From an uncultured delta proteobacterium (GTDB lineage Bacteria; Desulfobacterota; Binatia; DP-6): a stretch of DNA of 64,000 bases. Every line of letters starts with the position of its first letter. Position 1 is the first letter of the stretch. The notes under the pieces were generated by a model. That model was not told where the DNA came from. It did no database searches and was given only the letters and a program-made list of their open reading frames with translations. The stretch covers positions 768,001 through 832,000 of the forward strand of contig CAWFFN010000012.1 in NCBI GenBank assembly GCA_963815115.1, written 5' to 3'. The position numbers and the translations under genes were made by a program. This document shows, piece after piece, positions 37,838 to 48,127 of the stretch.

Positions 37838-38332
37838 GTGGTGGGCCTCGGCCTCGAGCGCGCACTTCGCGAACAGCGGCTCCAGCGAGTCCAGATCGAC
37901 CGGCTTCACGCGGTGATGGTCGAACCCTGCCGCCTCGGCCTGGCGCTTGTCCTCTTCCTGTCCCCATCCGGTGACCGCCACGAGCTGCATGGTCCGGCCC
38001 CATGCCGCGGCGCGGATCTGACGTGCGACTTCGTAGCCGTTCGTCTCCGGCATGCCGATGTCGAGCAGCACGATCTGGGGAAGAAACTCGGCCGCGATCG
38101 CGAGCGCTTCTCGCCCCGAATAGGCGGTGCACACCTCGTGCCCCATCATTCTGAGCAGCATCGCCGAGCCGTCTGCACTGTCGCGGTTGTCGTCGGCGAC
38201 CAGCACGCGCAAGGACTTGCGGCCATTGCCCGCCGGCGCGGCGGCGTCGGCCGATGCGGCCGCGGGGTCTCCCACCGGTCTCGTCCGCACGAGGATCAGG
38301 CCACCCGAATCGGTGTACTTCGCCTGGCTCAC
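37829..38332 (-). CDS. Response-regulator receiver domain, probably the remnant of a hybrid histidine kinase
   Basis: VLVADDN, LLDIGMP..NGYEV, AVTGWG, VKPVD. Confidence 0.85.
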   Translation of the reverse strand: MSQAKYTDSGGLILVRTRPVGDPAAASADAAAPAGNGRKSLRVLVADDNRDSADGSAMLLRMMGHEVCTAYSGREALAIAAEFLPQIVLLDIGMPETNGYEVARQIRAAAWGRTMQLVAVTGWGQEEDKRQAEAAGFDHHRVKPVDLDSLEPLFAKCALEAEAHHSP

Positions 38333-38509
38333 CGTTGATAAACGACCGTCCCGCACCGAACGCGTGGACGGCACGGTACGAGGATAGCCGCGTCGAAGCG
38401 GACCGTCGATCCCGTTTCGAGCGCGGCTGCCGAAGTTTCCGGGAAAGCGACTCCCGTCGACCTGCCCGGGTGCCAGCGGGAAGGCGCGCGGGCTCCGCCT
38501 GGCAGAGGC

Positions 38510-41500
38510 CTACAGCTCCCACTCGACGGGGAACGTCGGGTCGGGCTGGTAGGCGCAGAAGAGTCCGGTCTGCACGGAGCGGTCGAGGTGGCGGCCGAGG
38601 ACGGGGCATCCGGCCTCGATCTTGCGCACGACCTTGCGCACCGCGCGGGTGACGTTCAGGCGCGCCCGCTCCGCGTCGGATCCCGCCTTGCGGGCGCGGC
38701 CACCCAGGCCGGTCGCGCGGTTCAGCTCGTCGGCGAGCATCTCCATCTCCTCGCGCAACCGGGCGGCACGTCCGATGTCGTTGAACTCCTCGGCCTCCTG
38801 CAGCTCGCCTTGCAGCTCGCCGAGTCGCGCCTTGTAGGCGCGGCGGGCGTCGGCGTCGAGCATCTCGCCGGCATCGCCGGCGCGCAGGTCCTCGGCGCCC
38901 CCGAGGTCGAGCGCATGGAATTCGTGGCCCGGATTGCGCAGCAGCTCGAGAAGATACGCGACGCCCTTCATGTCCTTGAGCCGCGTGAGCTCGTCCTCGC
39001 AGTTGACCGTCCAGACGTCCCCCTCGTGACGCAGGCGTGCGATGCGAGATGCCGGGCTGGCATGAGCGGGCGCCGCCGGGACCGCGGCCGGCGTCCGCGA
39101 CGCCGCGTCGTCTGCCGCCAGCCGCTCGTGCAGGGCGACGAGCTCGAGACGCGCGGCCGTCGCGGCCGCTTCCGCGAGGAGCGTGGCGGCGCGCTCGCGA
39201 TCGCCACGCTTCCCGCGCGCGCGCAGGCTGCGCGCCAGCTCGTGCTGGGTGTGCGCGAGCTGGGGCAGGGCCCCGATGCGCTCGTTCTTGGCGAGCGCGC
39301 TCTCGAAGTGGGCGATCGCTGTGTCGAGCTGTCCGAGGGTGTGTGCGAGGAGGCCGGCGTAGCGAGCCGCCGAGCCGAGGCACCCGACCGTGGTCGCGAG
39401 GATGACGACGGCGTCGACGTGCGGCGCGAGGAGCGGCACCAGCGGCTCCGCGAAGCGCGGCGCGCCGGCCAGCGCACACGCCTGCGCCAGGTTGGCATAG
39501 GTGCCGAGGAGGTTGCCATCCCGGGGCAGGTCCTCGAAGCCCGCCCTCCCGAGATCGTCCAGCACCTGATGCGCGGCGTCGGTTCGACCGAGCGTCGCGT
39601 GGAGCATCGCGAGGGCGGCGCGCCAGATCGGCAGGTTCACGCCGCGCTCGGCGGCCATGACCACGAAGGGCTCGATCTCGCCGAGACGTCCCTCCTCGGC
39701 GCGGATCATGAAGGACTGCACGCCGAAGAACGCCGCCACGTTGTTGAGGTTGCTCGGCGTGAGCAGGCCGACGGCTCGGCGCGCCAGCCGCCTGGCATCG
39801 CCGAGGCGTCCCGCGAGCTGCGCGAGCGTGCCCTCGACGACCGTGACGTGCCATCGCACGGTCGGCAGCCGGCAGGCGGCGGCGAGCTCACGGTAGCGGC
39901 GGAGCGCCTCGTGCACGACCGGCATGTCGGCGAGCTCCAGGTGGTCCAGGATGCGCCACCCGAGTGCTTCCGCCATCGCCATGGGGTCGCGAGCGGCGGT
40001 CGCGAGCTCGAGGATCTGCTCGCCGATCTCGCACCGGTGTGCCGCCTCCCCGGGCTCCCACAGAGCGAGCTGCCTGGCGCGCAACGCCGCGAGCAGGGCG
40101 ACGTCGTCGTGGCGCCGGCGCGCGATCGCGACCGCCTCCTCGCTGTAGGCATGGCGTCGCGTGGCATCGGCGAAGTAGAGCGAGCGCGCCAGCTGCGCCA
40201 GCAGGATGGTGCGCGGGTGGCCGTCCCGCGACCCGACGAGCTCGACCGCCTCCTCGAGGAGGCGGACGAAGGGCCAGTCGACCGTGCCCGTCTCCTCGCG
40301 CGGAGCCACGGTGAGCGCAACGGGGAAGATGTAGGTGTAGCCGAGGTCGCGCGCGAGCTGCGCCGCCTCGATCAGCGTGGCGCGCGCTCCCTCGGCGTCG
40401 CCCGCCGCCTGCTGTGCGCTCCCGAGCGGCAGGAGGATGGCGAGGCGCGTGTCGGGTGACACGGTGGTCCCGCGGCTCGCCTGCAGCGCGCGCTCGAAGT
40501 GGCCGGCCGCTTCCTCGTAGCCCAGCTGGCCGAAGGCGTACTGCCCCGCGCGGCTGGCGAACTCGATCGCCTTCACCAGCGTGCCGAGGGGCGCCGCCTC
40601 GAAGTAGTGATGCGCGATGTCGCCGAGCACCGGATCGAGCGCCTCTCCGTGCACGGCCTCGAGCGCCTCGGCCGTGGTGCGATGCAGCTCGGCGCGCTCG
40701 GTGACGCCGAGATCACCCGTCAGCGTCTCCTGGAGGAGCGCGTGGGTGAAGCGAAAGCCACCCGGTCGCTCCTCGACGTCCTCGATCGCCCCCAGCCGCA
40801 CCGCCTCGGCGAGCTCCGAGAAGACCGCCTCGACCGGTAGTCCGACGATCCGCGCCAGCACGCCGAACTCGAACTCCCGTCCGATCACGGCCGCCGCCGC
40901 CAGGATGCGTCGCCCGGCGGAGGACATCGGCTCGATACGGCGCCGGATGACTTCCTGGACCCCGGCGGGAAGATCGAGATGTCCGGATCGGAGCGCCGAG
41001 GCATCGAGCTGTCCCCGCGTGATGAGGAGCTGGACGACCTCGGTCACGAAGAAGGCGTTGCCCTCCGTGGCGCGCAGGATGGCCTCCACCGCCTCGGGCG
41101 CCGGCGCCCGCCCGCAGGTCGCCAGCACGTACTCGCCGACGTCGGCCGCCGTCAGCCCGGTCAGCGTCAGCCGGTGGCTCGACCGGGCGAGGTCGCCGAG
41201 AACCCGCGCCGCGGCCGCCGCCTGGCGCAGCTCGGTCTCGCGATACGTGCCGAGCACGAGGAGCCGCTGCTCGCGCAGCTCGCGCGCGACGAAGGTGAGC
41301 AGCAGCAGCGACTCGTTGTCCGCCCAGTGGAGATCGTCCAGCACGATCACCAGGAGCTCCGTCCTGGCGATCGTGCGCAGGAACATCGTCACCGCGTCGA
41401 AGAGCCGGAACCGGGCGGCTTCCGGATCGAGCGTCTCGTCGGTTGCCGCGACCACGTCCGGGCAGCGCGTGCAGACGCTCGGCACCACCCGTGCCACCTG

Positions 41501-41812
41501 CGGCCCGTCGTCTCCCAGCTCGGCGCGGAGCCGCTCCGGAGGCGTCGCCGCGACGTACGCGCGCAGCGCCTGGATCCACGGCCAGTAGGCGGGCGCGCCC
41601 TCCATCTCCTGGCATCGCCCCCACAGGACGCGACCGGGCGCTACGCCGGCGGCGGCCTCCTCGACCAGCCTGGTCTTGCCGACCCCGGGCTCCCCGCGGA
41701 CGACCACCACCCGGCCGCTGCCCCCCTGCGCCGCGGTGATGTGTGCCGCAAGCGACTCTCGTTCGGCGACGCGACCGACGAAGGGGCGATCCGTCGGCCC
41801 CACGACTGCCAT
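38510..41812 (-). CDS. AAA_16 STAND NTPase - TPR protein with C-terminal putative DNA-binding domain
   Basis: FVGR..E, GEPGVGKT, IVLDDLHWAD, TEGNAFFV, FTHALLQE; C-terminal KG..YL..LL..PG.EFH ... ERARLNVT ... TGLFCAYQP. Confidence 0.9.
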   Translation of the reverse strand: MAVVGPTDRPFVGRVAERESLAAHITAAQGGSGRVVVVRGEPGVGKTRLVEEAAAGVAPGRVLWGRCQEMEGAPAYWPWIQALRAYVAATPPERLRAELGDDGPQVARVVPSVCTRCPDVVAATDETLDPEAARFRLFDAVTMFLRTIARTELLVIVLDDLHWADNESLLLLTFVARELREQRLLVLGTYRETELRQAAAAARVLGDLARSSHRLTLTGLTAADVGEYVLATCGRAPAPEAVEAILRATEGNAFFVTEVVQLLITRGQLDASALRSGHLDLPAGVQEVIRRRIEPMSSAGRRILAAAAVIGREFEFGVLARIVGLPVEAVFSELAEAVRLGAIEDVEERPGGFRFTHALLQETLTGDLGVTERAELHRTTAEALEAVHGEALDPVLGDIAHHYFEAAPLGTLVKAIEFASRAGQYAFGQLGYEEAAGHFERALQASRGTTVSPDTRLAILLPLGSAQQAAGDAEGARATLIEAAQLARDLGYTYIFPVALTVAPREETGTVDWPFVRLLEEAVELVGSRDGHPRTILLAQLARSLYFADATRRHAYSEEAVAIARRRHDDVALLAALRARQLALWEPGEAAHRCEIGEQILELATAARDPMAMAEALGWRILDHLELADMPVVHEALRRYRELAAACRLPTVRWHVTVVEGTLAQLAGRLGDARRLARRAVGLLTPSNLNNVAAFFGVQSFMIRAEEGRLGEIEPFVVMAAERGVNLPIWRAALAMLHATLGRTDAAHQVLDDLGRAGFEDLPRDGNLLGTYANLAQACALAGAPRFAEPLVPLLAPHVDAVVILATTVGCLGSAARYAGLLAHTLGQLDTAIAHFESALAKNERIGALPQLAHTQHELARSLRARGKRGDRERAATLLAEAAATAARLELVALHERLAADDAASRTPAAVPAAPAHASPASRIARLRHEGDVWTVNCEDELTRLKDMKGVAYLLELLRNPGHEFHALDLGGAEDLRAGDAGEMLDADARRAYKARLGELQGELQEAEEFNDIGRAARLREEMEMLADELNRATGLGGRARKAGSDAERARLNVTRAVRKVVRKIEAGCPVLGRHLDRSVQTGLFCAYQPDPTFPVEWEL

Positions 41813-41935
41813 ACGGGAGAGAAATGTAGTGAGCGGGCTGGCATCGGGTCAAGCGCGCGCCGCGGGTCCCGATGTTCTTTCCGCTTCACGCGCGCGGGCC
41901 AATCGTGGTAGGCGGAGGCGGGGGAAGAACCGCCA

Positions 41936-44776
41936 GTGTTGCGATTCGCAGCTCTCGGCTTGCTCGTCGTCGCCCTCACCGGGTCGCCGGTTCGGGCCAC
42001 CACCGCTCGGGATCTCTGCGGCGACCCCGTTCCCGATCCCTGCCGGATCACGACGTACCGCGCGGTGGAGCCCGGATCTGTTCTCGACTTTCGCCCCGGC
42101 GCTCTCGTCCTCGCCGCGAATGGAATCCTCGACGCCGGCTCCGGTCAGATGGGGATCGTCGCCCGCGACGTGACGCTCGGGGCCGGAGCCCGGCTGCTCG
42201 CGGCAGGCGGCCGGATCGGCGTCCTCGCGGAGGATCGCATCACGGTCGACGCCACTGCCAGGATCGACGTATCGGCCACGGGCGGCGGCGGGGCCATCGT
42301 GCTGTTCGCGCTCGGCGACGTGCTGGTCGACGGCGCTCTGCGCGCGAAGGGGATCGGGATCCCGGCCTTCGGCGGATCGGTCTCGGTCGCGGCCAACGGC
42401 GCCGTTCGCCTCGACGACGTGGATGCCAGCGGCGGCGCCCAGGCCTATCCGATCGCGGATCGGGCGAGCGTGCGCGTCGTGGCCGGCGGCCGCGTGGATC
42501 TGAACGGCCTCATCGACGCCTCGCACGGCGAGTGCCTGACCTGCTCGATCGAGATCGAGGCGGGCGGCGACCTCACCGTCCAGAAGCTGGACGTGCACGC
42601 GACGGGCCCGTCGGGCAACGGAGGCTCGATCACGGTCGAGAGCGAGGGTTCGATCACGTTGAACGGCGATCTCGCTGCGCCCGGCGGCGGGGGCGACCCG
42701 GATTTCGGTGGCGGCGGTGGTGACGTCGAGGTGGCCGCGCACGACGACCTCGAGGTGAACGGCTCGATCCTGCTGGGTGGCACGGCGCCCGACGGCGACG
42801 GCGGCACGTTCGACCTGCAGGCGGGCGGCGATCTCCGCATCGCGGCCTCGTCCGTGCTCGATGCGGAAGGTGGCGGCGAAGGCTGCGGCGGCTCTCCCAG
42901 CTCGCTCGACGCGGGCCGCGATCTCACCATCGGACGGATCAAGGCCGGCGGCGACTCCTGCGGCGGAGGATCGCTGGACGCGTCGGCCGGCCGCGACGTC
43001 ACGGTGCTCGGCCGGATCACCGCGGGCGCCAGCGCGGACGGCTCCGGGGGAGACCTGGCCATCACCGCGGCGCGCTCGGCGGACGTCCGTGGCGACCTCG
43101 ACGCCAGCGGAGCGGCAGCCGGGAGCGGGGGCTCGGTCCTGGTCGAGGCCTGTACGGTGAGCGTCCCGGCCGGCGTCGTGATCCAGACAAACGGGCTCGA
43201 CGGCAGCAACACCCTGCTCGCGCATGGCCTGATGACGGTCGCGGGCCGCCTCGAAGCGGGCGGTGCGAACGTCCTCGCGTTCGGGAACCCCGCGAGCCCG
43301 CCGATCGTCACCGGAACCGTCGTCCCTCCGGCGACCCCGAGGCTCGACCCGAGCCTCACCCCATGCAGCGGGCTGGCCACATGCGGCAACGGCACGCGCG
43401 ACGCATCCGAGGAATGCGACGACGGCAACACGGAGTCCTGCGACGGGTGCTCGGCCGGCTGCCAGGTCGAGCTCTGCGGCAACGGCCGGCTCGATTGCGG
43501 AGAGGTGTGCGATCCACCGGATCTCGAGCACTGTGATGCCGCTTGCCAGGTGCTGCCGCAGGCCATCGTCACGCTGGGCGGGGCGCCCCGCCGCAACGGC
43601 TGCGAGCTCGAGTGGAAGGTGGAGCTCGCCGATCCGGCCCTGGACTCGCACGGCCTCCCGAAGACGACCCAGAGCTGCATCGACGGAGATCCCGCCTGTG
43701 ACGCCGACGCCGTCAACGACGGCCGCTGCACGATCCGGACGCGAGTCTGCCTGCGCGCCCAGGACCCGCGACTTCCCGACTGCGCGCCGGGCGCGATCGA
43801 CAGCGTCAAGATGAAGTCGCCGTTGCCGCTGGATTCCGACGATCCGACCGACGTCGCCAACGCGAACGTCCTGCGCGACGCGCTCGGCGCCCTGGGCGTG
43901 ACGGTGAAGCAGGGGACGACGGTCGTGCATCCGGGCGTTCCGGATGCCCAGCCCGATCACTGCACCCCGCCGCTCTCGCTGGTCGTTCCGCATGGCGCGA
44001 GGAAGGAGCGCCGCCGCTTCGACCTCGGCGCCCGGGACGTCGACGGCAACGTCATGACCGGCAACCCGCTCAGGCTCGACTGTGCCCCGAGCACCGCGGT
44101 GTGCGGAGACGGCGTCGTCGGCACGGGCGAGGATTGCGACGACGGCAACACGCAGGGGTGCGACGGCTGCTCGCCGACCTGCCATTCGGAGGGGTGCGGC
44201 AACGGCGTCATCGACTGCGACGAGCAGTGCGACGCCGGCACGCCGAACCCACCTCCCGCGACGGGCTGCACGGCCGCCTGCACGGAGGCGCCGCCCGCAC
44301 TGCGCATCCCGGGCGGCGGTGGACGCCCGGTCGACTGCGCCCATGAATGGGCGCTGGTCCTCGACCCGGGCGAGACCGCGGTCGACGGGCGGGGCGTCCC
44401 GAAGACCACCCAGGAGTGCGTCGATGGCGATCCCCGGTGCGACTTCGACGCGACGTCCGGTACCTGTCGCCTGCACGTCTTCTCGTGCCTCGGTGGCGCC
44501 GATGTGCGCCTGGGGTGTCCGGCTGCCGGCGTCGTCAGCGTCGACGTGGTGCAGCCGCGCGTCTCGGACGGCGGCACGGTCCGCGATGCGCTGGTCGGTG
44601 CCCTGGCCGAGCTGCGCCTTCCCGTGGGTCCCGGAGAAGCGTGCACGCGGCGGGTCGATGTCGCCGTGCCGGCGGGGAGGAAGGGCGCCGTGCTCAAGCT
44701 GCGCGCCGACCTGGCCGGCGGAAAGCCCGACCGGGACAAGCTGAAGCTGCGCTGCCTGCCGGCATCCGCGCCGTGA
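41936..44776 (+). CDS. Exported adhesin-like protein: Gly-rich beta-helical region, DUF4215 motifs, duplicated Cys-rich C-terminal domain
   Basis: Signal peptide; GG.GG.I.I.A.GD repeats; CGNG..EECDDGN..CDGCS; two GG..C..EW..PKTTQ.C.DGDP.CD domains. Confidence 0.88.
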   Translation: MLRFAALGLLVVALTGSPVRATTARDLCGDPVPDPCRITTYRAVEPGSVLDFRPGALVLAANGILDAGSGQMGIVARDVTLGAGARLLAAGGRIGVLAEDRITVDATARIDVSATGGGGAIVLFALGDVLVDGALRAKGIGIPAFGGSVSVAANGAVRLDDVDASGGAQAYPIADRASVRVVAGGRVDLNGLIDASHGECLTCSIEIEAGGDLTVQKLDVHATGPSGNGGSITVESEGSITLNGDLAAPGGGGDPDFGGGGGDVEVAAHDDLEVNGSILLGGTAPDGDGGTFDLQAGGDLRIAASSVLDAEGGGEGCGGSPSSLDAGRDLTIGRIKAGGDSCGGGSLDASAGRDVTVLGRITAGASADGSGGDLAITAARSADVRGDLDASGAAAGSGGSVLVEACTVSVPAGVVIQTNGLDGSNTLLAHGLMTVAGRLEAGGANVLAFGNPASPPIVTGTVVPPATPRLDPSLTPCSGLATCGNGTRDASEECDDGNTESCDGCSAGCQVELCGNGRLDCGEVCDPPDLEHCDAACQVLPQAIVTLGGAPRRNGCELEWKVELADPALDSHGLPKTTQSCIDGDPACDADAVNDGRCTIRTRVCLRAQDPRLPDCAPGAIDSVKMKSPLPLDSDDPTDVANANVLRDALGALGVTVKQGTTVVHPGVPDAQPDHCTPPLSLVVPHGARKERRRFDLGARDVDGNVMTGNPLRLDCAPSTAVCGDGVVGTGEDCDDGNTQGCDGCSPTCHSEGCGNGVIDCDEQCDAGTPNPPPATGCTAACTEAPPALRIPGGGGRPVDCAHEWALVLDPGETAVDGRGVPKTTQECVDGDPRCDFDATSGTCRLHVFSCLGGADVRLGCPAAGVVSVDVVQPRVSDGGTVRDALVGALAELRLPVGPGEACTRRVDVAVPAGRKGAVLKLRADLAGGKPDRDKLKLRCLPASAP

Positions 44777-44845
44777 CGCCGGTTCGACGAATGAGGTCGA
44801 ACTCCGGCTCGACGCGTGCCAGCGCCCGGTGAGCTGGATCGAACC

Positions 44846-45805
44846 TCAGGCCGTCGCAGCCGCCGACCCCTGCGAACACGGGCCGGCGAGACGGGACAGC
44901 GCCCCCACGTTCGTGATCGTCTCCACGGCGACGCCGAGCGTGCGGAAGAAGCCGCGCAGCGGCGCGGAGGGGCCGATCTCGAGGACTCGCGTGCCGGCGG
45001 TGAGGAGGGCGTCCATGTTGCTCCGCCAGCGCACCGTGCTGCTCACCTGGCGGACGAGACAATCGAGGATCTCGCCAGGGTCCGGGTCGTGAAAGCCACC
45101 GCTGGCGTTGGCCGTGACGGCCGCGGCGCGCGCCGCGTCGAGGACGCCGGTGGCTTCCTCGTGGAGCACCGGCGCGAACGCGGACTCGGTGCCGGCCATC
45201 AGCCGAGAGTGGAACGGGGCGCTGCCGTCGAGTGCGATCAGCCGGCTCGCCAGGTGGATCAGCCGCCGCTCCGCCACGCGCGTGTCGTCGGCAAGACCCG
45301 ACAGCACCACCTGCTCGCTCGAGTTGTCGTTGGCGATGTCCACTTGGAGGTCGGCGATGGTGCTGGCAATCGTCTCGAGGTCGAGGTTGGGGCCGATGAC
45401 GGCTACCATCCGGCTCCGGCTCACCGGCGCCGCCTCTTGCATGAGCCGGCCCCGGATCCGGACGATGCGCAGCGCGGCAGCGAGGGGCAGGGCGCCCGAC
45501 GCGACCAGCGCCGTGTACTCGCCCAGGCTGTGGCCGCCCCAGGCCGCCACCGCAAGGTCGGTCTCGGCTTCGAGCGCCCGCAGGATGGCGATCTCGGTCG
45601 CGAGGATGGCGGGTTGTGCGAATTCCGTCAGCCGGAGTCGGGGGGCGGTTCCGAAGCAAATGGCGTCCAGGTCGAGGTCAAGCGCCTCGGAGCCCTCCTC
45701 GTAGACCATCCGGGCGGCCGCGAAATTCTCATGGAAGTCGCGACCCATTGCGCTACGCTGAGAGCCCTGGCCCGGGAAGACGATGATGGTTGCGGGAGAA
45801 TCCAT
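44846..45805 (-). CDS. fabD: Malonyl-CoA:ACP transacylase
   Basis: VFPGQGSQ..MG, TEFAQPAI, GHSLGEY, RGRLMQ, ANDNS..QVVLSG, APFHS, VRW. Confidence 0.93.
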   Translation of the reverse strand: MDSPATIIVFPGQGSQRSAMGRDFHENFAAARMVYEEGSEALDLDLDAICFGTAPRLRLTEFAQPAILATEIAILRALEAETDLAVAAWGGHSLGEYTALVASGALPLAAALRIVRIRGRLMQEAAPVSRSRMVAVIGPNLDLETIASTIADLQVDIANDNSSEQVVLSGLADDTRVAERRLIHLASRLIALDGSAPFHSRLMAGTESAFAPVLHEEATGVLDAARAAAVTANASGGFHDPDPGEILDCLVRQVSSTVRWRSNMDALLTAGTRVLEIGPSAPLRGFFRTLGVAVETITNVGALSRLAGPCSQGSAAATA

Positions 45806-45913
45806 GACCGTGATTGCGTGGCCCGGACTAGAGGAGGATATGACCCTCGTCAAGTGATCGGACCTCAGGAGCCGGGGAAATTACGGTAAGAGCCTCATAT
45901 TCCAGTTTTTCCC

Positions 45914-46558
45914 ATGGCTGACCCGAGTAAGGTCAAGGGGCGTGCCCCGGTCGAGCCCACGCGAACGGCACGCGCCCGCCCCGCTCCCCTCTCGCGTGGC
46001 GAGGTGACGCGTGCCCGCATCCGGGAGGCCGCCAACGACCTCTTCCTGCGCCACGGGGTGGACGGGACGACGGTCGAGGCGATCGTCGCCGCCGCCCGGA
46101 TCTCGAAGCCGACCTTCTATCTCTACTTCCAGCGCAAAGAGGACCTGCTGCTGGAATACGGCCTGCAGCGCCTGCGACTCGTGCGCGAGCTGCTGCCCGA
46201 TCTGATCGCGCGCCCCACCTTCCGCGAAGCCCTGAACGCGCTCCTCGACGCCGTCGTGCGCGGAAAAGCTTGGGGGCGCGAGCTCACCGGGCGTGCCATC
46301 CTCGAGATCGGCACGAGCGCCGAGCGCCTGCCCGTCGCGGCCCCCCATACCTTGCTCAAGCCGCTGATCGAGCTCGGCCAGGCGCGTGGCGAGGTTCGCA
46401 CCGACATCCCGGCCGAAGCCCTCGCGCATTTCGTGCTGCGGTCGATCCTCGGAGCGTTGAGCGATTGGGGTCTCGGCAGCGATCGACTCGACCGCGATCA
46501 GGTCCTCGAGCGCACCGTGACGCTCGTGCTCGACGCGCTCGCTCGCCGCGACTCGTGA
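45914..46558 (+). CDS. TetR/AcrR family regulator
   Basis: TRARIREAA..LF...G...TTVEAI..AA.ISKPTFYLYFQRKEDL. Confidence 0.92.
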   Translation: MADPSKVKGRAPVEPTRTARARPAPLSRGEVTRARIREAANDLFLRHGVDGTTVEAIVAAARISKPTFYLYFQRKEDLLLEYGLQRLRLVRELLPDLIARPTFREALNALLDAVVRGKAWGRELTGRAILEIGTSAERLPVAAPHTLLKPLIELGQARGEVRTDIPAEALAHFVLRSILGALSDWGLGSDRLDRDQVLERTVTLVLDALARRDS

Positions 46559-46668
46559 GCAGTCGTCGGTGAAGCATGTTCCTGGGCATTGACGGTACCC
46601 GTGCTCCGCGGCACCCTCGCCACGAGATGGCTCGTCGCGGGCTCGACGGGCCCGGCGGGGGATATGAC

Positions 46669-48072
46669 ATGGCGGACGTTCTCGTCGTCGGTGGGGGAAT
46701 ATGTGGACTCGGCACCGGCGTGCTGCTCGCGCGCGACGGTCACGAGGTGACGGTCGTCGAGCGCGACGCCGACCCGGTGCCCGACACGCCGCAGGAGGCG
46801 TGGGACGCGTGGGAACGCAGGGGGGTCACGCAGTTCCGCCAGCCCCACAACTTCATGCCCGGCCTGCGCCTGATGCTGGAGGCCGAGCTGCCCGACGTCC
46901 AGGAGGCGCTCCGTCGCGCCGGCGCGAGCCGGTTCGACATGCTGAACCCGTTGCCGCCGTTCTTCGCGGACCAGTCGGCGCGCCCGATCGACGACAAGCT
47001 GTGGACGTACACGGCCCGCCGACCCGCTGGCGAGTGGGTCTTCGCCGACGTCGCGCGCAACGAGCCGAACCTGACGATGAGACGCGGCGTCGAGGCGTCG
47101 GGGCTGCTCACCGGTCCGGCGGCGACCGCCGGCGTGCCGCACGTCGTCGGAGTCCGCACCGCCGACGGCGAGGAGCTGCGGGCGGACATCGTCGTCGATG
47201 CCATGGGGCGGCGATCGAGGAGTCCGGCGTGGCTCACGGCGATCGGTGCGCGTCCGCCCTACGAGGAGCAGGCGGACTGCGGGTTCACGTACTACACGCG
47301 GTACTTCAGGGGTACCCCGCCGCAGCGCATCGGTCCGGTGTTCATGCCGGTGGGGACGATCGCGATACTCACCCTGCCGGGCGACAACGGGACCTGGTCG
47401 GTCACGCTCATGACCGCGTCCGGCGACACGCCGCTGAAGACCCTGCGCCAGCCCGACAAGTGGACGAACGTCGTCGGGGCGTGTCCGCTGCAGGCGCACT
47501 GGCTCGACGGGGAGCCGATCACCGACATCCTCGCCATGAGCGGCATCGTCGATCGCTACCGGCGCTTCGTCGTCGACGGTGTGCCGGTGGCGACGGGCCT
47601 GCTCTCCGTGGCCGACGCGTGGGCGTGCACCAACCCGTCGGCCGGCCGCGGTCTGACCGTGGGCTTCATGCACGCGGTGCGACTGCGCGACGCCGTGCGA
47701 GAGGCGATCGACGACCCCTGCGCGCTCGCCCGCCGGTTCGACGAGCTGACGGAAGCGGAGGTCACCCCATGGTACCACGCACAGATCGCGGGCGACCGCG
47801 TGCGCTTTGCGACCATCCAGGCCTTGCGCGAGGGACGCGAGCCGCCGCAGCCCGGCGATCCCCTGGCGAGGCGCATGGCGTCGCTCGCCGCGTCCATGAT
47901 CACGGACCCGGATCTGTTCAGGGCCGGGCTCGAGTACATCGGGACCATCACGCCGATCCAGGAGATCATCGAGCGCCCCGAGGTGGAGCGGCGCGTGCTC
48001 GCCGCGAGCGGCGCGGCGCCGATCGAGCTGCCGGGGCCGAGCCGGCAGGAGCTGCTCGAGCTCGTGGCCTGA
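46669..48072 (+). CDS. FAD-dependent oxidoreductase (monooxygenase/epoxidase-like)
   Basis: VLVVGGGICGL..V.ERD Rossmann motif; DIVVDAMGRRS; VADAWACTNPSAGRGL. Confidence 0.9.
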   Translation: MADVLVVGGGICGLGTGVLLARDGHEVTVVERDADPVPDTPQEAWDAWERRGVTQFRQPHNFMPGLRLMLEAELPDVQEALRRAGASRFDMLNPLPPFFADQSARPIDDKLWTYTARRPAGEWVFADVARNEPNLTMRRGVEASGLLTGPAATAGVPHVVGVRTADGEELRADIVVDAMGRRSRSPAWLTAIGARPPYEEQADCGFTYYTRYFRGTPPQRIGPVFMPVGTIAILTLPGDNGTWSVTLMTASGDTPLKTLRQPDKWTNVVGACPLQAHWLDGEPITDILAMSGIVDRYRRFVVDGVPVATGLLSVADAWACTNPSAGRGLTVGFMHAVRLRDAVREAIDDPCALARRFDELTEAEVTPWYHAQIAGDRVRFATIQALREGREPPQPGDPLARRMASLAASMITDPDLFRAGLEYIGTITPIQEIIERPEVERRVLAASGAAPIELPGPSRQELLELVA

Positions 48073-48127
48073 GGGCAGTCCCGGCGCTGGCAGAGCGACC
48101 CGAGACGGAGTCTGGGGTCGACCTCCT

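Noticed and set aside
44846-48072. Secondary-metabolite biosynthetic cluster around fabD and the FAD oxidoreductase
   Set aside because: No ketosynthase, ACP, NRPS or precursor peptide is present in the window.
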